64,000 nt of DNA, from NCBI GenBank assembly GCA_023399595.1, contig JAEWOR010000006.1:3176-67175 (forward strand), read 5' to 3'. Below the pieces are notes generated by a model that saw only the letters and a list, made by a program, of their open reading frames with translations, made no database searches and was not told the DNA's origin. Of this stretch, positions 20,028 to 30,376 are shown one piece after another (the stretch's first letter is position 1; the number at the start of each line of letters is the position of its first letter). A program made the translations under genes and the position numbers. Origin of the DNA: Bacteroidota bacterium. Lineage in GTDB: Bacteria; Bacteroidota; Bacteroidia; Flavobacteriales; Weeksellaceae.

Positions 20028-21386
20028 TTATACAACACCTTGAGCCAACATTGCTTCAGCTACTTTTACAAAGCCTGCGATATTTGCGCCTTTCACATAG
20101 TTTACATAGCCATTGGCATCCTTACCATATTCGCTACAAGCTTTGTGAATGCCAATCATAATTTCTTTAAGTCTTGCATCAACTTCGTCAGAAGTCCAGT
20201 TCAGTCGGATAGAATTTTGAGTCATCTCCAAACCTGAAGTGGCAACACCTCCCGCATTAGAAGCCTTTCCTGGAGAAAATAACACTTTATTTTCCAAGAA
20301 AAGATTGATAGCGTCTAAAGTTGAAGGCATATTTGCAGCTTCAGTAACACAGATTACTCCGTTTTCTACTAATTTTTTAGCATCCTCAAGATTTAATTCA
20401 TTCTGAGTAGCACAAGGGAATGCAACGTCACATTTCACTTCCCAAGGTCTTTTCCCAGCGTGGAATTCCGCAGAAGGATATTTTTTAACATAATCTTCAG
20501 CTCTGTTATTTCCAGAATTTCTCAATTCCAAAAGATATTCAATTTTATCTCCAGAAATTCCATCTTTATCATAAATATATCCGTCAGGACCAGAAATAGT
20601 AAGCACTTTACCTCCTAGTTCTGCAAATTTCTTCACAACTCCCCAAGCTACGTTTCCAAAGCCTGAAACTGTTGCTGTTTTTCCTTTAATATCTTGATTA
20701 ATAGTTTTTAGCATTTGCTCAGCAAAATACACCACACCATACCCAGTTGCTTCTGGACGAATAAGAGATCCTCCATACGCTAAACCTTTACCAGTAAGCA
20801 CACCTGTAAATTCGTTACGGATTTTTTTGTATTGCCCGAATAAATATCCAATTTCTCTTGCTCCAACTCCAATATCTCCGGCGGGAACGTCTGTTTCTGG
20901 GCCAATATGTTTGCAAAGTTCCGTCATGAAAGCTTGACAAAAACGCATTACTTCCATATCCGATTTTCCTTGGGGATCAAAATCAGAACCACCTTTACCA
21001 CCTCCCATTGGAAGCGTTGTAAGCGAGTTTTTAAAGACTTGTTCGAATGCTAAAAACTTAAGAACAGAAAGGTTTACAGTAGGATGAAATCTTATACCTC
21101 CTTTATAAGGACCAATTGCAGAGTTCATTTGAATTCTGAAACCTCTATTCACTTGAATTTCGCCTTTGTCGTCCACCCATGGAACTCTGAAAATGATAAT
21201 TCTTTCTGCTTCAGCCATTCTTTCCAATAGCTTCATGCCGTTATACTCTTTTCTTGTTTCAATAAAAGGAATTACCGTAACCGCAACTTCTTTTACAGCT
21301 TGTAAAAATTCTGGTTCATTGGGATTCTTTGCTTCAATTTTAGCAATGAAGTCTTGAATCTTTTGCTCAATGGTATATTCTTCCAT
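20028..21386 (-). CDS. gdhA: NADP-specific glutamate dehydrogenase
   Basis: GPYKGGIRFHP, LPMGGGKGGSDF, DVPAGDIGVG, RPEATGYG. Start at MEEYT (21386), below TAAATTTG at 21420-21413. Confidence 0.96.
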   Translation of the reverse strand: MEEYTIEQKIQDFIAKIEAKNPNEPEFLQAVKEVAVTVIPFIETRKEYNGMKLLERMAEAERIIIFRVPWVDDKGEIQVNRGFRIQMNSAIGPYKGGIRFHPTVNLSVLKFLAFEQVFKNSLTTLPMGGGKGGSDFDPQGKSDMEVMRFCQAFMTELCKHIGPETDVPAGDIGVGAREIGYLFGQYKKIRNEFTGVLTGKGLAYGGSLIRPEATGYGVVYFAEQMLKTINQDIKGKTATVSGFGNVAWGVVKKFAELGGKVLTISGPDGYIYDKDGISGDKIEYLLELRNSGNNRAEDYVKKYPSAEFHAGKRPWEVKCDVAFPCATQNELNLEDAKKLVENGVICVTEAANMPSTLDAINLFLENKVLFSPGKASNAGGVATSGLEMTQNSIRLNWTSDEVDARLKEIMIGIHKACSEYGKDANGYVNYVKGANIAGFVKVAEAMLAQGVV

Positions 21387-21576
21387 ATTGTTTATTGATA
21401 TATTGTAGTTAACAAATTTAATTTTTTTTTCAAAACGCACAACACCACAAAGAAAATTTGCGAATATTTTAAATAAAAAATTATTTTTTCATCAGAGTTT
21501 CTCTTCAAAATACATAAAAAATATAAATTTTAAATTACTTAACATGGAAAAATACAATATTGATAAAAAGAAAATT

Positions 21577-22689
21577 TTACAGTGCTAAAAATTTCCTACC
21601 AGACAATGATTGTAGTTTTCCCAAAATCTCTAATTCCAAAATTATTGGAAGTAATTTATGAGAAGCCATACCTGTGGAATCCGATAAATCATCTAGTGAA
21701 ATATGAGGTGAATTCTTCACTTTAGTATAAATAATCTCTTGATTGGATGTAAGTTGAACACTGGGCTGAGGCTCAGGAAAAAGCTCTTCAATATTCATTT
21801 TATTAGTTTTATACCCTAATTGATATATTAAATCCTTGACCGTTGATATTATACTTGCTTTATTTTGTAAAATAAGTTGATTACAACCCTGACTATAAGG
21901 ATCTGTAATTTTTCCTGGCAAAGCAAAAACATCTCTATTGTAAATATTAGCAAAATTAGCTGTACTCATAGATCCGCCACCAAAGCCAGTTTCAATAACC
22001 ATAGTTGATGGAGATAAGCCCGCAATGACTCTATTTCTTTGGATAAAATGTTCTCTATCTGGTTTTTTAGAGGAGTTAAACTCGGTAAGCAAAACACCAT
22101 TTTCTTGGAGAATTTTTTCTGAAAGTTTTCTATTTTTAGAAGGATATAAAGTGGTGAAACCATGAGCTAAAACAGCTACCGTAGGAATTTTATATTGCAA
22201 TGAAAGTTCATGTACGCAAGTATCAACACCTAAAGCCAAACCGCTCACCGTTTGCAAAGAATATTTTTGTATTTGCTCGAAAAAAGCTTCTAAGAAACCT
22301 TTTCCATAATTGGTCATATTTCTCGTTCCCACAATGCTTAAAGAATGGGAAACATTTGAAAATTCTCCCTTTGAATATAGAATTGCAGGTGCATCTATAC
22401 ATTCGTGAAGTAACGAAGGGAATTCATTTTGGTGTCTTAAAATAATAGCAACGGAATGCTGTTCACAGAATTTTAATTCATTTTCAGCAAATTGAATATG
22501 ATTGATATTTCCAATATCTGAAAGGTGCTTTCTTCCTAACCCATTATGAGTATTTGCAAAATCTTGTTTCGCAAATTCCCATGCATTTTTTGCGCTTCCG
22601 TAGGCGTTCACCAGCTTTTGAAAATTGATATCGCCTATGAGAGCACATTCCCGTAATGCGATGGCATATAAGTGTTCTTCAGTAAACAT
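21577..22689 (-). CDS. dprA: DNA-processing protein DprA
   Basis: IVGTR, VSGLALGVD, FIQRNRVIAGLS, VFALPG, C-terminal winged helix. Confidence 0.94.
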   Translation of the reverse strand: MFTEEHLYAIALRECALIGDINFQKLVNAYGSAKNAWEFAKQDFANTHNGLGRKHLSDIGNINHIQFAENELKFCEQHSVAIILRHQNEFPSLLHECIDAPAILYSKGEFSNVSHSLSIVGTRNMTNYGKGFLEAFFEQIQKYSLQTVSGLALGVDTCVHELSLQYKIPTVAVLAHGFTTLYPSKNRKLSEKILQENGVLLTEFNSSKKPDREHFIQRNRVIAGLSPSTMVIETGFGGGSMSTANFANIYNRDVFALPGKITDPYSQGCNQLILQNKASIISTVKDLIYQLGYKTNKMNIEELFPEPQPSVQLTSNQEIIYTKVKNSPHISLDDLSDSTGMASHKLLPIILELEILGKLQSLSGRKFLAL

Positions 22690-22727
22690 TTGCTTGTGTT
22701 TTACTCAAAGATACTAAAATTTAAAAG

Positions 22728-23498
22728 CTATTTTCTTCGAATTTCGTCTAAATGCCCCCAATAATCTTCTTTCTTTTTATAAGGCAGATCTAGGAAATCC
22801 TCAGGATGGTTTTCTTTATATTCTTGCCAAAGTTTATCATCTTTTTCATTATAATAGTTGGGATATTCCCAGATAAACTTTCGTTTTTTTTCGCTACCTT
22901 CTTTTTTGTAATAAATAGCCAATAAAATACCCACAACAGCTCCTGCAGCATGAGCTTGCCACGAAATTCTACTCGGTTCTTGTAAATCTCCAAATAATTC
23001 CTGAGGAACAACTCCCCAAATTAAACTTCCGTAGTACAACACTACAACAAGAGAAACCGCCACAAGTTTGAGTTCACGCTTTAAAACACCACTTAAAAAG
23101 AGAAAAAATGCCAATACATAAACAATTCCACTAGCGCCTATTGTACAAGTATATTGATATTCTCCGGTAAAAATATCTATTGGAGGTAAAATCCAAACTA
23201 AAAATCCTGTCAAAATCCATCCTAAAACAAAAATTCTATTGGCGATATTCGGATAAAACTGATACAGCAAAAACATTAAAGCTAGAATAGGAACGGAATT
23301 GCTTAAAATATGTTCAATATTTCCATGCAATAAAGGAGAGGTAATAATTCCCAAAAGCCCTTCTGGAAGAAGTGGAATAATGGCTCCAAAACAATTATTA
23401 AATACTCCAAAAAGTTGAAGTACATAGAAAAACCACATTGCGAATAGCATAATAAGTGGATAGTAAATTGCTTTTTTAGAAATTCCTGTTTTGAACAT
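22728..23498 (-). CDS. Rhomboid-family intramembrane serine protease
   Basis: LLHGNIEHILSN, IGASG, SWQAHAAG. Confidence 0.92.
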   Translation of the reverse strand: MFKTGISKKAIYYPLIMLFAMWFFYVLQLFGVFNNCFGAIIPLLPEGLLGIITSPLLHGNIEHILSNSVPILALMFLLYQFYPNIANRIFVLGWILTGFLVWILPPIDIFTGEYQYTCTIGASGIVYVLAFFLFLSGVLKRELKLVAVSLVVVLYYGSLIWGVVPQELFGDLQEPSRISWQAHAAGAVVGILLAIYYKKEGSEKKRKFIWEYPNYYNEKDDKLWQEYKENHPEDFLDLPYKKKEDYWGHLDEIRRK

Positions 23499-23645
23499 GA
23501 TTCAAAAGTCTCAAAATAAGAGCCATTTTTAAAAATAAGAAATTATGACTAAAAATACATTTTTAAACATAATATAATACGCCAAAATGTAGTTTTTACT
23601 ACAAATAAATAAATTCTTAATTTTGCGACTTAATTTTAAAACCTA

Positions 23646-24572
23646 ATGAAAAAATTATTATTCCCTTTAGTTTTCTCTTATGGAATCATGGTTTACGCAC
23701 AAGAAGAACCCAAAACCACAGAACCTGTAGTAGATTCCACCAAAGCTTGGTCTATCTCCGGACAACACACATTAATGTTGAACCAAGCTGCTTTCTCTAA
23801 TTGGGTAGGAGGAGGAGCCAACAATGTAGGCTGGCTTGCTGGATTAAATTATAATATGACCTACGAAAAAGACAAAGATTTATGGGAAAACATTATTATT
23901 TTAGGGTACGGACAAAACAACACCAAAGGCATTGGAATGAGAAAAACCCAAGATGTTATTAACCTTTCTACTAACTTCGGAAGAAAAATTTATAAACATT
24001 GGTATGCTTCTGCTGGTGCTGGATTTATTTCTCAGTTTGGACCAGGATATGAAGATGGAAACAATCCTGACGCTAAGAAAATTTCAAACTTGATGGCTCC
24101 CGGATATGTGAATATGGGAGCAGGCTTCACTTATAGACCTAATGACAATCTTACCGTTACCTTAAGACCAGCGAATGCAAGATGGACTTTTGTTTTAGAT
24201 AAAGATTTACAATTAGCAGGAAATTATGGCTTAAAAAATGATGGAGATACTTCATTATTCCAATTTGGATTTTTAGGAACCACTGTTTACAAAATAAAAT
24301 TGATGGAAAACATTGATCTTACCAATTCTGCATCGGTATTTTCGAATTATTTAGATCATCCTGAAAGATTAGTATTGTCTTACAGTGGAATTTTAAACAT
24401 GAAAATTAATAAATTCATTTCCACTAACATAACATTAGATTTATTGTACGATCATAACCAAATTCAGAAAACTCAGCTTAAACAAACTTTAGGAGTAGGT
24501 TTTGCTTACAACCTTGAAAATGGCAAAAAAAGATCTGAGAATAAGGACAATCATTCTTGGAAATTAAAATAA
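23646..24572 (+). CDS. DUF3078-family outer-membrane beta-barrel protein
   Basis: Signal peptide, NQAAFSNWVGGG, QLKQTLGVGFAY. Confidence 0.8.
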   Translation: MKKLLFPLVFSYGIMVYAQEEPKTTEPVVDSTKAWSISGQHTLMLNQAAFSNWVGGGANNVGWLAGLNYNMTYEKDKDLWENIIILGYGQNNTKGIGMRKTQDVINLSTNFGRKIYKHWYASAGAGFISQFGPGYEDGNNPDAKKISNLMAPGYVNMGAGFTYRPNDNLTVTLRPANARWTFVLDKDLQLAGNYGLKNDGDTSLFQFGFLGTTVYKIKLMENIDLTNSASVFSNYLDHPERLVLSYSGILNMKINKFISTNITLDLLYDHNQIQKTQLKQTLGVGFAYNLENGKKRSENKDNHSWKLK

Positions 24573-24578
24573 AAATTT

Positions 24579-24609
24579 AAAAGCTCACTTAAAAAAGGTG
24601 AGCTTTTTT
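24579..24609. terminator. Bidirectional intrinsic terminator
   Basis: AAAAGCTCAC...GTGAGCTTTTTT between convergent genes. Confidence 0.78.
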
Positions 24610-24640
24610 ATTGCTGTCATCATCACAAAAAAGTAATGTT

Positions 24641-25102
24641 TTATAATTGTTTTTTTTGTCTGTGATTTTTTAATGTGGCAACTTTCACCTTTCTAAAAGG
24701 CTTAATTGCTCTTTTTATAGGCTTTAAAGACCTCAAATAAATGGTGACCACTAACGAAATACAAGCTGCTGTTCCCAAAGCGCCACCAAACGATTTAAAT
24801 TCTTTCGATATGTTATGATAAATAAGTGTAAAGATAATTGGTGCGATAAATAGATTAAAATTTTTAAAGTGTTTTCTAGAAGAAATCATCCCAATGAAAG
24901 TAGATCCAATGATGATATAGGGAATATCATTGGGTAAATTAAAGGTCCAAAACCAAGTATTAAATTGATAAAAACCGCCCACAAGCATCGCAATTAACCC
25001 AGAAGCTCTTACGGGACCTAATTTTAAATTTTTATTTAAATGAAAAGTCAACCAAGAACCACAAATTGCCAAGACAATATTAAAAATAAGCATTTCTACC
25101 AT
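24641..25102 (-). CDS. Hypothetical membrane protein (about 5 TM), paralogue of the upstream gene
   Basis: GSTFIGM and FGGALGT motifs, basic C-terminal tail. Confidence 0.75.
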   Translation of the reverse strand: MVEMLIFNIVLAICGSWLTFHLNKNLKLGPVRASGLIAMLVGGFYQFNTWFWTFNLPNDIPYIIIGSTFIGMISSRKHFKNFNLFIAPIIFTLIYHNISKEFKSFGGALGTAACISLVVTIYLRSLKPIKRAIKPFRKVKVATLKNHRQKKQL

Positions 25103-25650
25103 GGCAAAAAGAATTTATAGATAATATAAGCGTACAAAACACCCATAAATGCTAAAGTTCCTAACTTCCCTCCAATTCCATGGAAATAATGATGCGAGAA
25201 GTTATAAAAGATTGCGGTAAGAACTGTGGATAAAAAGATAAAAAGATAACCATATGGCAACTTGGTCATTCCTACAAAAGCTCCACAATAGATGGCAATA
25301 GGCCAATGCGCTGCAGATTTTACTTTATTTTTAATATTACGCGTAAAACTTCCTACAAACCCCACTAATCCCGCAGCAAAAACGGTATTGAGTTCAGCTT
25401 CTGACTGCAAAAAATAGGTTACAAAACTCCCAATAAGAAACCAAACAAACAAATCATAATGCACTTCATGTTTAAGTTCAATATGCAAGTATTGTTTTTT
25501 TCGATAAGACATCGCCATTCCCAAAACAATCAGTGAAAACACAATAATAAACCATGGCTTTAATGTTTGTTCCCTGATAATTGCTACCACAAAATAAACT
25601 TGCGCAGCAATAAATAGAACTAGGAGAATTTTATTGATAATTTGTTTCAA
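25096..25650 (-). CDS. Hypothetical membrane protein (about 7 TM)
   Basis: YCGAFVGM and GIGGKLGT motifs. TTG start at 25650 chosen because TAATTTTG lies at 25669-25662. Confidence 0.72.
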   Translation of the reverse strand: MKQIINKILLVLFIAAQVYFVVAIIREQTLKPWFIIVFSLIVLGMAMSYRKKQYLHIELKHEVHYDLFVWFLIGSFVTYFLQSEAELNTVFAAGLVGFVGSFTRNIKNKVKSAAHWPIAIYCGAFVGMTKLPYGYLFIFLSTVLTAIFYNFSHHYFHGIGGKLGTLAFMGVLYAYIIYKFFLPW

Positions 25651-25717
25651 ATATTTTTTTGCAAAATTACAACACATAGATTGATAAAAAAAGCTACCCA
25701 AAAGGATAGCCTCAATT

Positions 25718-28306
25718 TTATTCTTTCATTTCAATTTTATTCAGTTGAGTATCTTTTACAGCTTCTTTATTTGGAGCACTCAAAGGAAGTCCGTTTTTCT
25801 GAGCAGGAACACCTATTCCTGACGCTGGATTGGCATTTCCTGGGGGCTGATTAGGTGGTACTAATTGTTGAACTCCCTGTTGCGGAGCATTCATATTCAA
25901 TGGTTGAACAGGGGGCTGATTAGGATTGGTCAGTTGAATATTATTTCCTTTATTATCAGTTGGTTTAAATTGCAATTCACTTTTTAAGTAATTCAACATT
26001 TCCTTTGCTTTAATGCCTTCTGGAGTTTTAGCATAATTCAGTGCAATTTGTTCTAGCTGTAAGATCATCACTTCCTTACCCGTCATTTTACCTGTGTTAA
26101 AAGCATTTAACAAGGTTAATTTAGGTATTAATGCATCTTTTGGATATTGCGCAATGGTTTGCTCTAACAAATCTTTACTCTCCTGAAATTTCTCTTCCTC
26201 ATACAAACTGAAAGCTCTTATATAAGCTCCTTCCACACTAGCATCCGACTTTACAAAAGTTGAATTTTTAGGATTTCTCACAAACTCCGCATACGAAGTG
26301 TAAGGATAATCTTTTAAGAGAATCTGTTTAGCTCTTTCCGCAGCGTTAGGATTCTTCTCATAATTCATTGCATAAATTTCGTAAAGTGCTTGTAGCATTA
26401 CTTTTTCTTCGGGTTTTACATCTACTAAATCATATAAAGTTTTTGTGGCCAAAGGTGTATTGGTAAAATAATTCTGATACATTACCCCCATACCAAGAGA
26501 TGCTGTGTCCCTATCTTTCTTTAATTGACTTAACATAGTAGGATTGGTTGGAATTTTTTCAATATAAAACTCGGGTTCATATCTCCTTGGATTAGGTGTA
26601 TTGCTAATTCCTAGAGCTTCATTCTTTTTATCTTGAAGACTGCTACCCATGGTTTGCGAATACCTCCAGTTATCTGCTAATCCCCTACTTCCCCAAACCT
26701 GTTTAAATGCCGACGTACCTTTAGAAACGGTGTTATTATTACTGAAATAAAAACCCTTGGTTGCAACCCCAAAATCTGTAAAAGAGTTTCCGCTACTTCC
26801 GAAAATTGAATTGGAACTGTAATCTCCCGAATCAAAACCTTTTTGACGTTCCGCTTTTCTTCTTTCTTGTTCTTCTTTTTCTTCCTTAGCTTTTAATCTT
26901 GTAATATAATTATTGAAAAAAGCTTTTTTCTGAGGATCATCCATCTTAGCAAGACTAAGAATACTGTCGTTCTTTTTAATTAAATAATAATTTTTAGCTA
27001 TTTTTTTAATATTCTCAGATTGCTCTCTAAGAAGCATTTTAGACGGTTCATAAGTCATCGCAACCAAAGCAGAATCGTAGTAAACTCCAGCTCCTATATA
27101 ATCGTTTTTGTCTAAATATCCATTTCCTATTTCGTAAAAAGTAAGACCTCTAATTTGTGGATCCGATTCTTTTTCTTCAAGAGATTTTCTGAAAAAAGTT
27201 TGAGCCTCGTCCTTTTTATTAGCTTTATTAGCCATTAAACCCAAAGCATAGTAAAATTCATTTTTTCGAGAACCATAAGTTCCTTTTTTACTAATTCCTT
27301 CCAAATAATTTTTTGCTCCTTGATAATCGCCACTTCCATTGAAAGTTTTAGCAATTTCTATTTGAGATTTCACTTCAAATTCAAAGTTATTAGCGTATTT
27401 ATAAGCTTCTTTAAAGCTTTCTCTCGCTAAATTATTCTTCCCTAGGTTTTGCAAAAGCTGACCTCTTACAAAGGCGATTCTACTTTTTAATTTACGGCTA
27501 GAATTCACTTCAAAAGCTCTATCGAGTTCCTTTAAAGCCAAATCTTTTTTACCTTCATCCAACAAAGACTCTGCATAATAAATGGAAAATATCTTCTCGT
27601 ATTCTTTAGTAAGTCCTTCTCCTTTTACTTTTGCAAAAACCTCATTGGCCTTTTCAAAATCTTTCATTTTTGCATAAGCCAAACCTTGATAAACTCTTGC
27701 TAAAGGCAAACGCTTATCATCTTTCATTTTCGCAAAAAGTGTATTGAGAATATCTAATGCAGCAACTGGTTTATTCTGATAAATTCTAGATTGAGCAGCA
27801 ATAATATAAGCATCAAATAAGGTTTTATTTTGTTCCGCTCCTTTTCTTATCACCGAATAATTTTGAATCGCTTTTAAGGCTTTTGCTTCTGCAATTTCCA
27901 AAGAATTTGCCCCTTTTGGAGCTTCCTGTCCGATACCAGAACTTATATTTCCTGCATTAGGTGGCATACCTGGAGCTCCAGCACTTTTTCGAAGACTCTC
28001 TGAAGAATTATTTACAGAAGCCATTTTCATGGTATTGTCCGCAAAAGCTGTAGTTTGTCCTAAATCGCTTCCAACAGGTTGATCTTCGTAAGTAAGAATA
28101 GGAATATAAGGAGCATAAAAATTATCTTTATGTCCTTTATCTCTCTCTTCAAACTCATAATTTAATGCATCTTTTGCATTAAATAAAGTATTGTAATAGG
28201 TAGAAAACCCTTTTAAAAATTTAGATCTTTTCTCAGGCTTCTTAGAGGTAGATGCACAAGAAACAACTATAGAAATTATTAAAAGAAATAAAATGTTTTT
28301 TTTCAT
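25718..28306 (-). CDS. sprE: T9SS/gliding TPR lipoprotein SprE/PorW
   Basis: Lipobox VVSC after MKKNILF (28306), YNTLFNA, multiple TPRs, FYFSN...GTSAFKQVWG.R.L.DNWR, YPYTSYA. Confidence 0.82.
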   Translation of the reverse strand: MKKNILFLLIISIVVSCASTSKKPEKRSKFLKGFSTYYNTLFNAKDALNYEFEERDKGHKDNFYAPYIPILTYEDQPVGSDLGQTTAFADNTMKMASVNNSSESLRKSAGAPGMPPNAGNISSGIGQEAPKGANSLEIAEAKALKAIQNYSVIRKGAEQNKTLFDAYIIAAQSRIYQNKPVAALDILNTLFAKMKDDKRLPLARVYQGLAYAKMKDFEKANEVFAKVKGEGLTKEYEKIFSIYYAESLLDEGKKDLALKELDRAFEVNSSRKLKSRIAFVRGQLLQNLGKNNLARESFKEAYKYANNFEFEVKSQIEIAKTFNGSGDYQGAKNYLEGISKKGTYGSRKNEFYYALGLMANKANKKDEAQTFFRKSLEEKESDPQIRGLTFYEIGNGYLDKNDYIGAGVYYDSALVAMTYEPSKMLLREQSENIKKIAKNYYLIKKNDSILSLAKMDDPQKKAFFNNYITRLKAKEEKEEQERRKAERQKGFDSGDYSSNSIFGSSGNSFTDFGVATKGFYFSNNNTVSKGTSAFKQVWGSRGLADNWRYSQTMGSSLQDKKNEALGISNTPNPRRYEPEFYIEKIPTNPTMLSQLKKDRDTASLGMGVMYQNYFTNTPLATKTLYDLVDVKPEEKVMLQALYEIYAMNYEKNPNAAERAKQILLKDYPYTSYAEFVRNPKNSTFVKSDASVEGAYIRAFSLYEEEKFQESKDLLEQTIAQYPKDALIPKLTLLNAFNTGKMTGKEVMILQLEQIALNYAKTPEGIKAKEMLNYLKSELQFKPTDNKGNNIQLTNPNQPPVQPLNMNAPQQGVQQLVPPNQPPGNANPASGIGVPAQKNGLPLSAPNKEAVKDTQLNKIEMKE

Positions 28307-28384
28307 TGTAGTTGTATAACTTACTAACTTCTGTTTTATTATCAACAATCTTGATAAAGATGTAAATTTAATGAAAAAATATAT

Positions 28385-28954
28385 TTATAGACTTGAATCA
28401 TTAATATCACGTATCATTTTATACAATAAATGTGTTGGTAAGCCCATAATGGTGTAGAAACTCCCTTCAATTTTTTTGATTTTCGCCATTCCAATCCACT
28501 CTTGAATTCCGTAACTTCCCGCTTTATCAAATGGTTTAAAAGCATCAATATAATAATTGATTTCATCATCCGAAATTTCATCAAAATATACCGTAGCAAC
28601 ATCCGTTTCAGTGATGCTTTTATAAATATTTTTCACGGTAATTCCTGTAAATACTTGGTGTTGACTGCCAGAAAGTTTCCTTATCGTTTCAAAAGCTTCA
28701 TTTCTGTCTTTAGGTTTTCCCAAAATATTTTCCTTAAAAACGACAACTGTATCTGCAGTAATTAAAACTTCATCAGCTTGAAGATTTTGATAAGTATTCG
28801 CTTTTAATTCCGATAAATAACTTGCTGCATTTTTTGGCTCAATTTCTTGAGGTAAAATTTCATCACAATCTATTTTCACAACATTAAAACCAAATCCTAA
28901 ACCCGAAAGCAGTTCTTTACGTCTCGGCGATTGCGATGCTAAAAGTATCTTCAT
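28385..28954 (-). CDS. maf: Maf-family nucleotide pyrophosphatase
   Basis: LASQSPRR, TADTVV, DKAGSYGIQ, IMGLP. Confidence 0.94.
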   Translation of the reverse strand: MKILLASQSPRRKELLSGLGFGFNVVKIDCDEILPQEIEPKNAASYLSELKANTYQNLQADEVLITADTVVVFKENILGKPKDRNEAFETIRKLSGSQHQVFTGITVKNIYKSITETDVATVYFDEISDDEINYYIDAFKPFDKAGSYGIQEWIGMAKIKKIEGSFYTIMGLPTHLLYKMIRDINDSSL

Positions 28955-28964
28955 TCTACCAATT

Positions 28965-29483
28965 TTAAATGGATTGTGTATTGTCTTCCAACCACGTGTT
29001 TTGAGATTTCATTACTTGCTCAATAACATCACGAACCGCACCACTTCCGCCAGTTTTAGGCGAAATATAATGCGCAACTGCTTTCACTTCCGGAACTGCA
29101 TTTTCTGGACAAGTAGCCACTGCACAGTTTTCTAAAAGGTGAATATCTGGTAAATCATCGCCCATGGTAAGAATTTCATCGTCGTGAAGATTATGTTTCT
29201 TTTTAAAAGCTTTATAATCTACCATCTTGTTGTGCGATTTTGGATAATAATCTTGTATCCCAAGATATTCTATCCTATGTTTCACCATTTCATCATTTCC
29301 TCCAGTAATTACCCCTATAATATAATTGTTTTTTAAAGCTTTTACCACCGCGTAACCATCCAAAACATTCATCACTCTGCACATATTTCCACCTGGCATT
29401 AGATAAACATTTCCGTCGGTAAAAACACCGTCTACATCAAACACAAAAGCTTTTATATTTTTTAATTTTCCTTTATAAGACAT
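28965..29483 (-). CDS. kdsC: KdsC-family HAD phosphatase
   Basis: FDVDGVFTDG, MGDDLPD, GGSGAVRDVIE. Confidence 0.88.
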   Translation of the reverse strand: MSYKGKLKNIKAFVFDVDGVFTDGNVYLMPGGNMCRVMNVLDGYAVVKALKNNYIIGVITGGNDEMVKHRIEYLGIQDYYPKSHNKMVDYKAFKKKHNLHDDEILTMGDDLPDIHLLENCAVATCPENAVPEVKAVAHYISPKTGGSGAVRDVIEQVMKSQNTWLEDNTQSI

Positions 29484-29503
29484 TTTTATTCTGAAATTTT
29501 AAT

Positions 29504-30256
29504 TTATTCAAGGTTGTACATTTTTTTAATGGATTCATTTAAAACTTTATAAATTTCTAAATGTTCGCCAGATAAAAGTTCTTCATGCATTTCTAAAATT
29601 CTTTTATCATTTCTTACCGCAGGACCAGTTTGAGCATTTAGAGGCTCCAAATGATGAATTTTCTCTGTAGTTTCATCTATTAATGGTAAAAAATAAGAAA
29701 ATGGAATTTCTTGACTATCAGAAATTTCTTTGGCTCTTGCAAAAAGATGATTCACAAAATTACAAGCAAAAACCGCCGTTAAATGAATGTATTTTCTTTT
29801 ATCATACGTACTTAGCATTACTTTATCCGAAACTTTTCTAGCTAAGTTTAACAACAATTCTTCATCCTCATTATTTTCCGCTTCAACAAAAAAAGGAATT
29901 TCAGAATATTGCAATTTTTTATTTTTAGAAAAAGTTTGAAGCGGATAAAAGCTGGCCTTTCTATAATTTCCAGCCAAAATTTCTTTGGGCAAAGATCCTG
30001 AAGTATGAGCCACCAAAACATTCGGATTGGTAATTATTTTAGAAACGTCATGAACAGCATTATCGCTCACCGAAATTAAATACAAATCCGCCGACTCCAA
30101 TTGAGCTGTAGAATAGTTAAAACCTGTTTCATTAGATATTTTTTGAAGCTCAGCTTCGTTTCTTCCGTAGACTTGCTTCACCAGGATATTATTTTCTTTA
30201 AAAGCTTTTGTTAGATGATAAGCTACATTTCCGGAACCAATAATTACTAAATCCAT
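29504..30256 (-). CDS. Rossmann-like plus DUF2520 domain oxidoreductase
   Basis: IIGSGNVA, HTSGS, FYPLQTF, HLTAVFACNF, QTGPAVR. Start at MDLVII (30256). Confidence 0.85.
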   Translation of the reverse strand: MDLVIIGSGNVAYHLTKAFKENNILVKQVYGRNEAELQKISNETGFNYSTAQLESADLYLISVSDNAVHDVSKIITNPNVLVAHTSGSLPKEILAGNYRKASFYPLQTFSKNKKLQYSEIPFFVEAENNEDEELLLNLARKVSDKVMLSTYDKRKYIHLTAVFACNFVNHLFARAKEISDSQEIPFSYFLPLIDETTEKIHHLEPLNAQTGPAVRNDKRILEMHEELLSGEHLEIYKVLNESIKKMYNLE

Positions 30257-30376
30257 ATTGCAAATATAGAGCATTAAAAAGTTTGGTTTAAAATTGGTTA
30301 ATTAATAATTTTTCAAATAATTAGTAATACTTTTAACTTTTGGATATTTTTGTAATCCAAACAATGAACGCATCTT

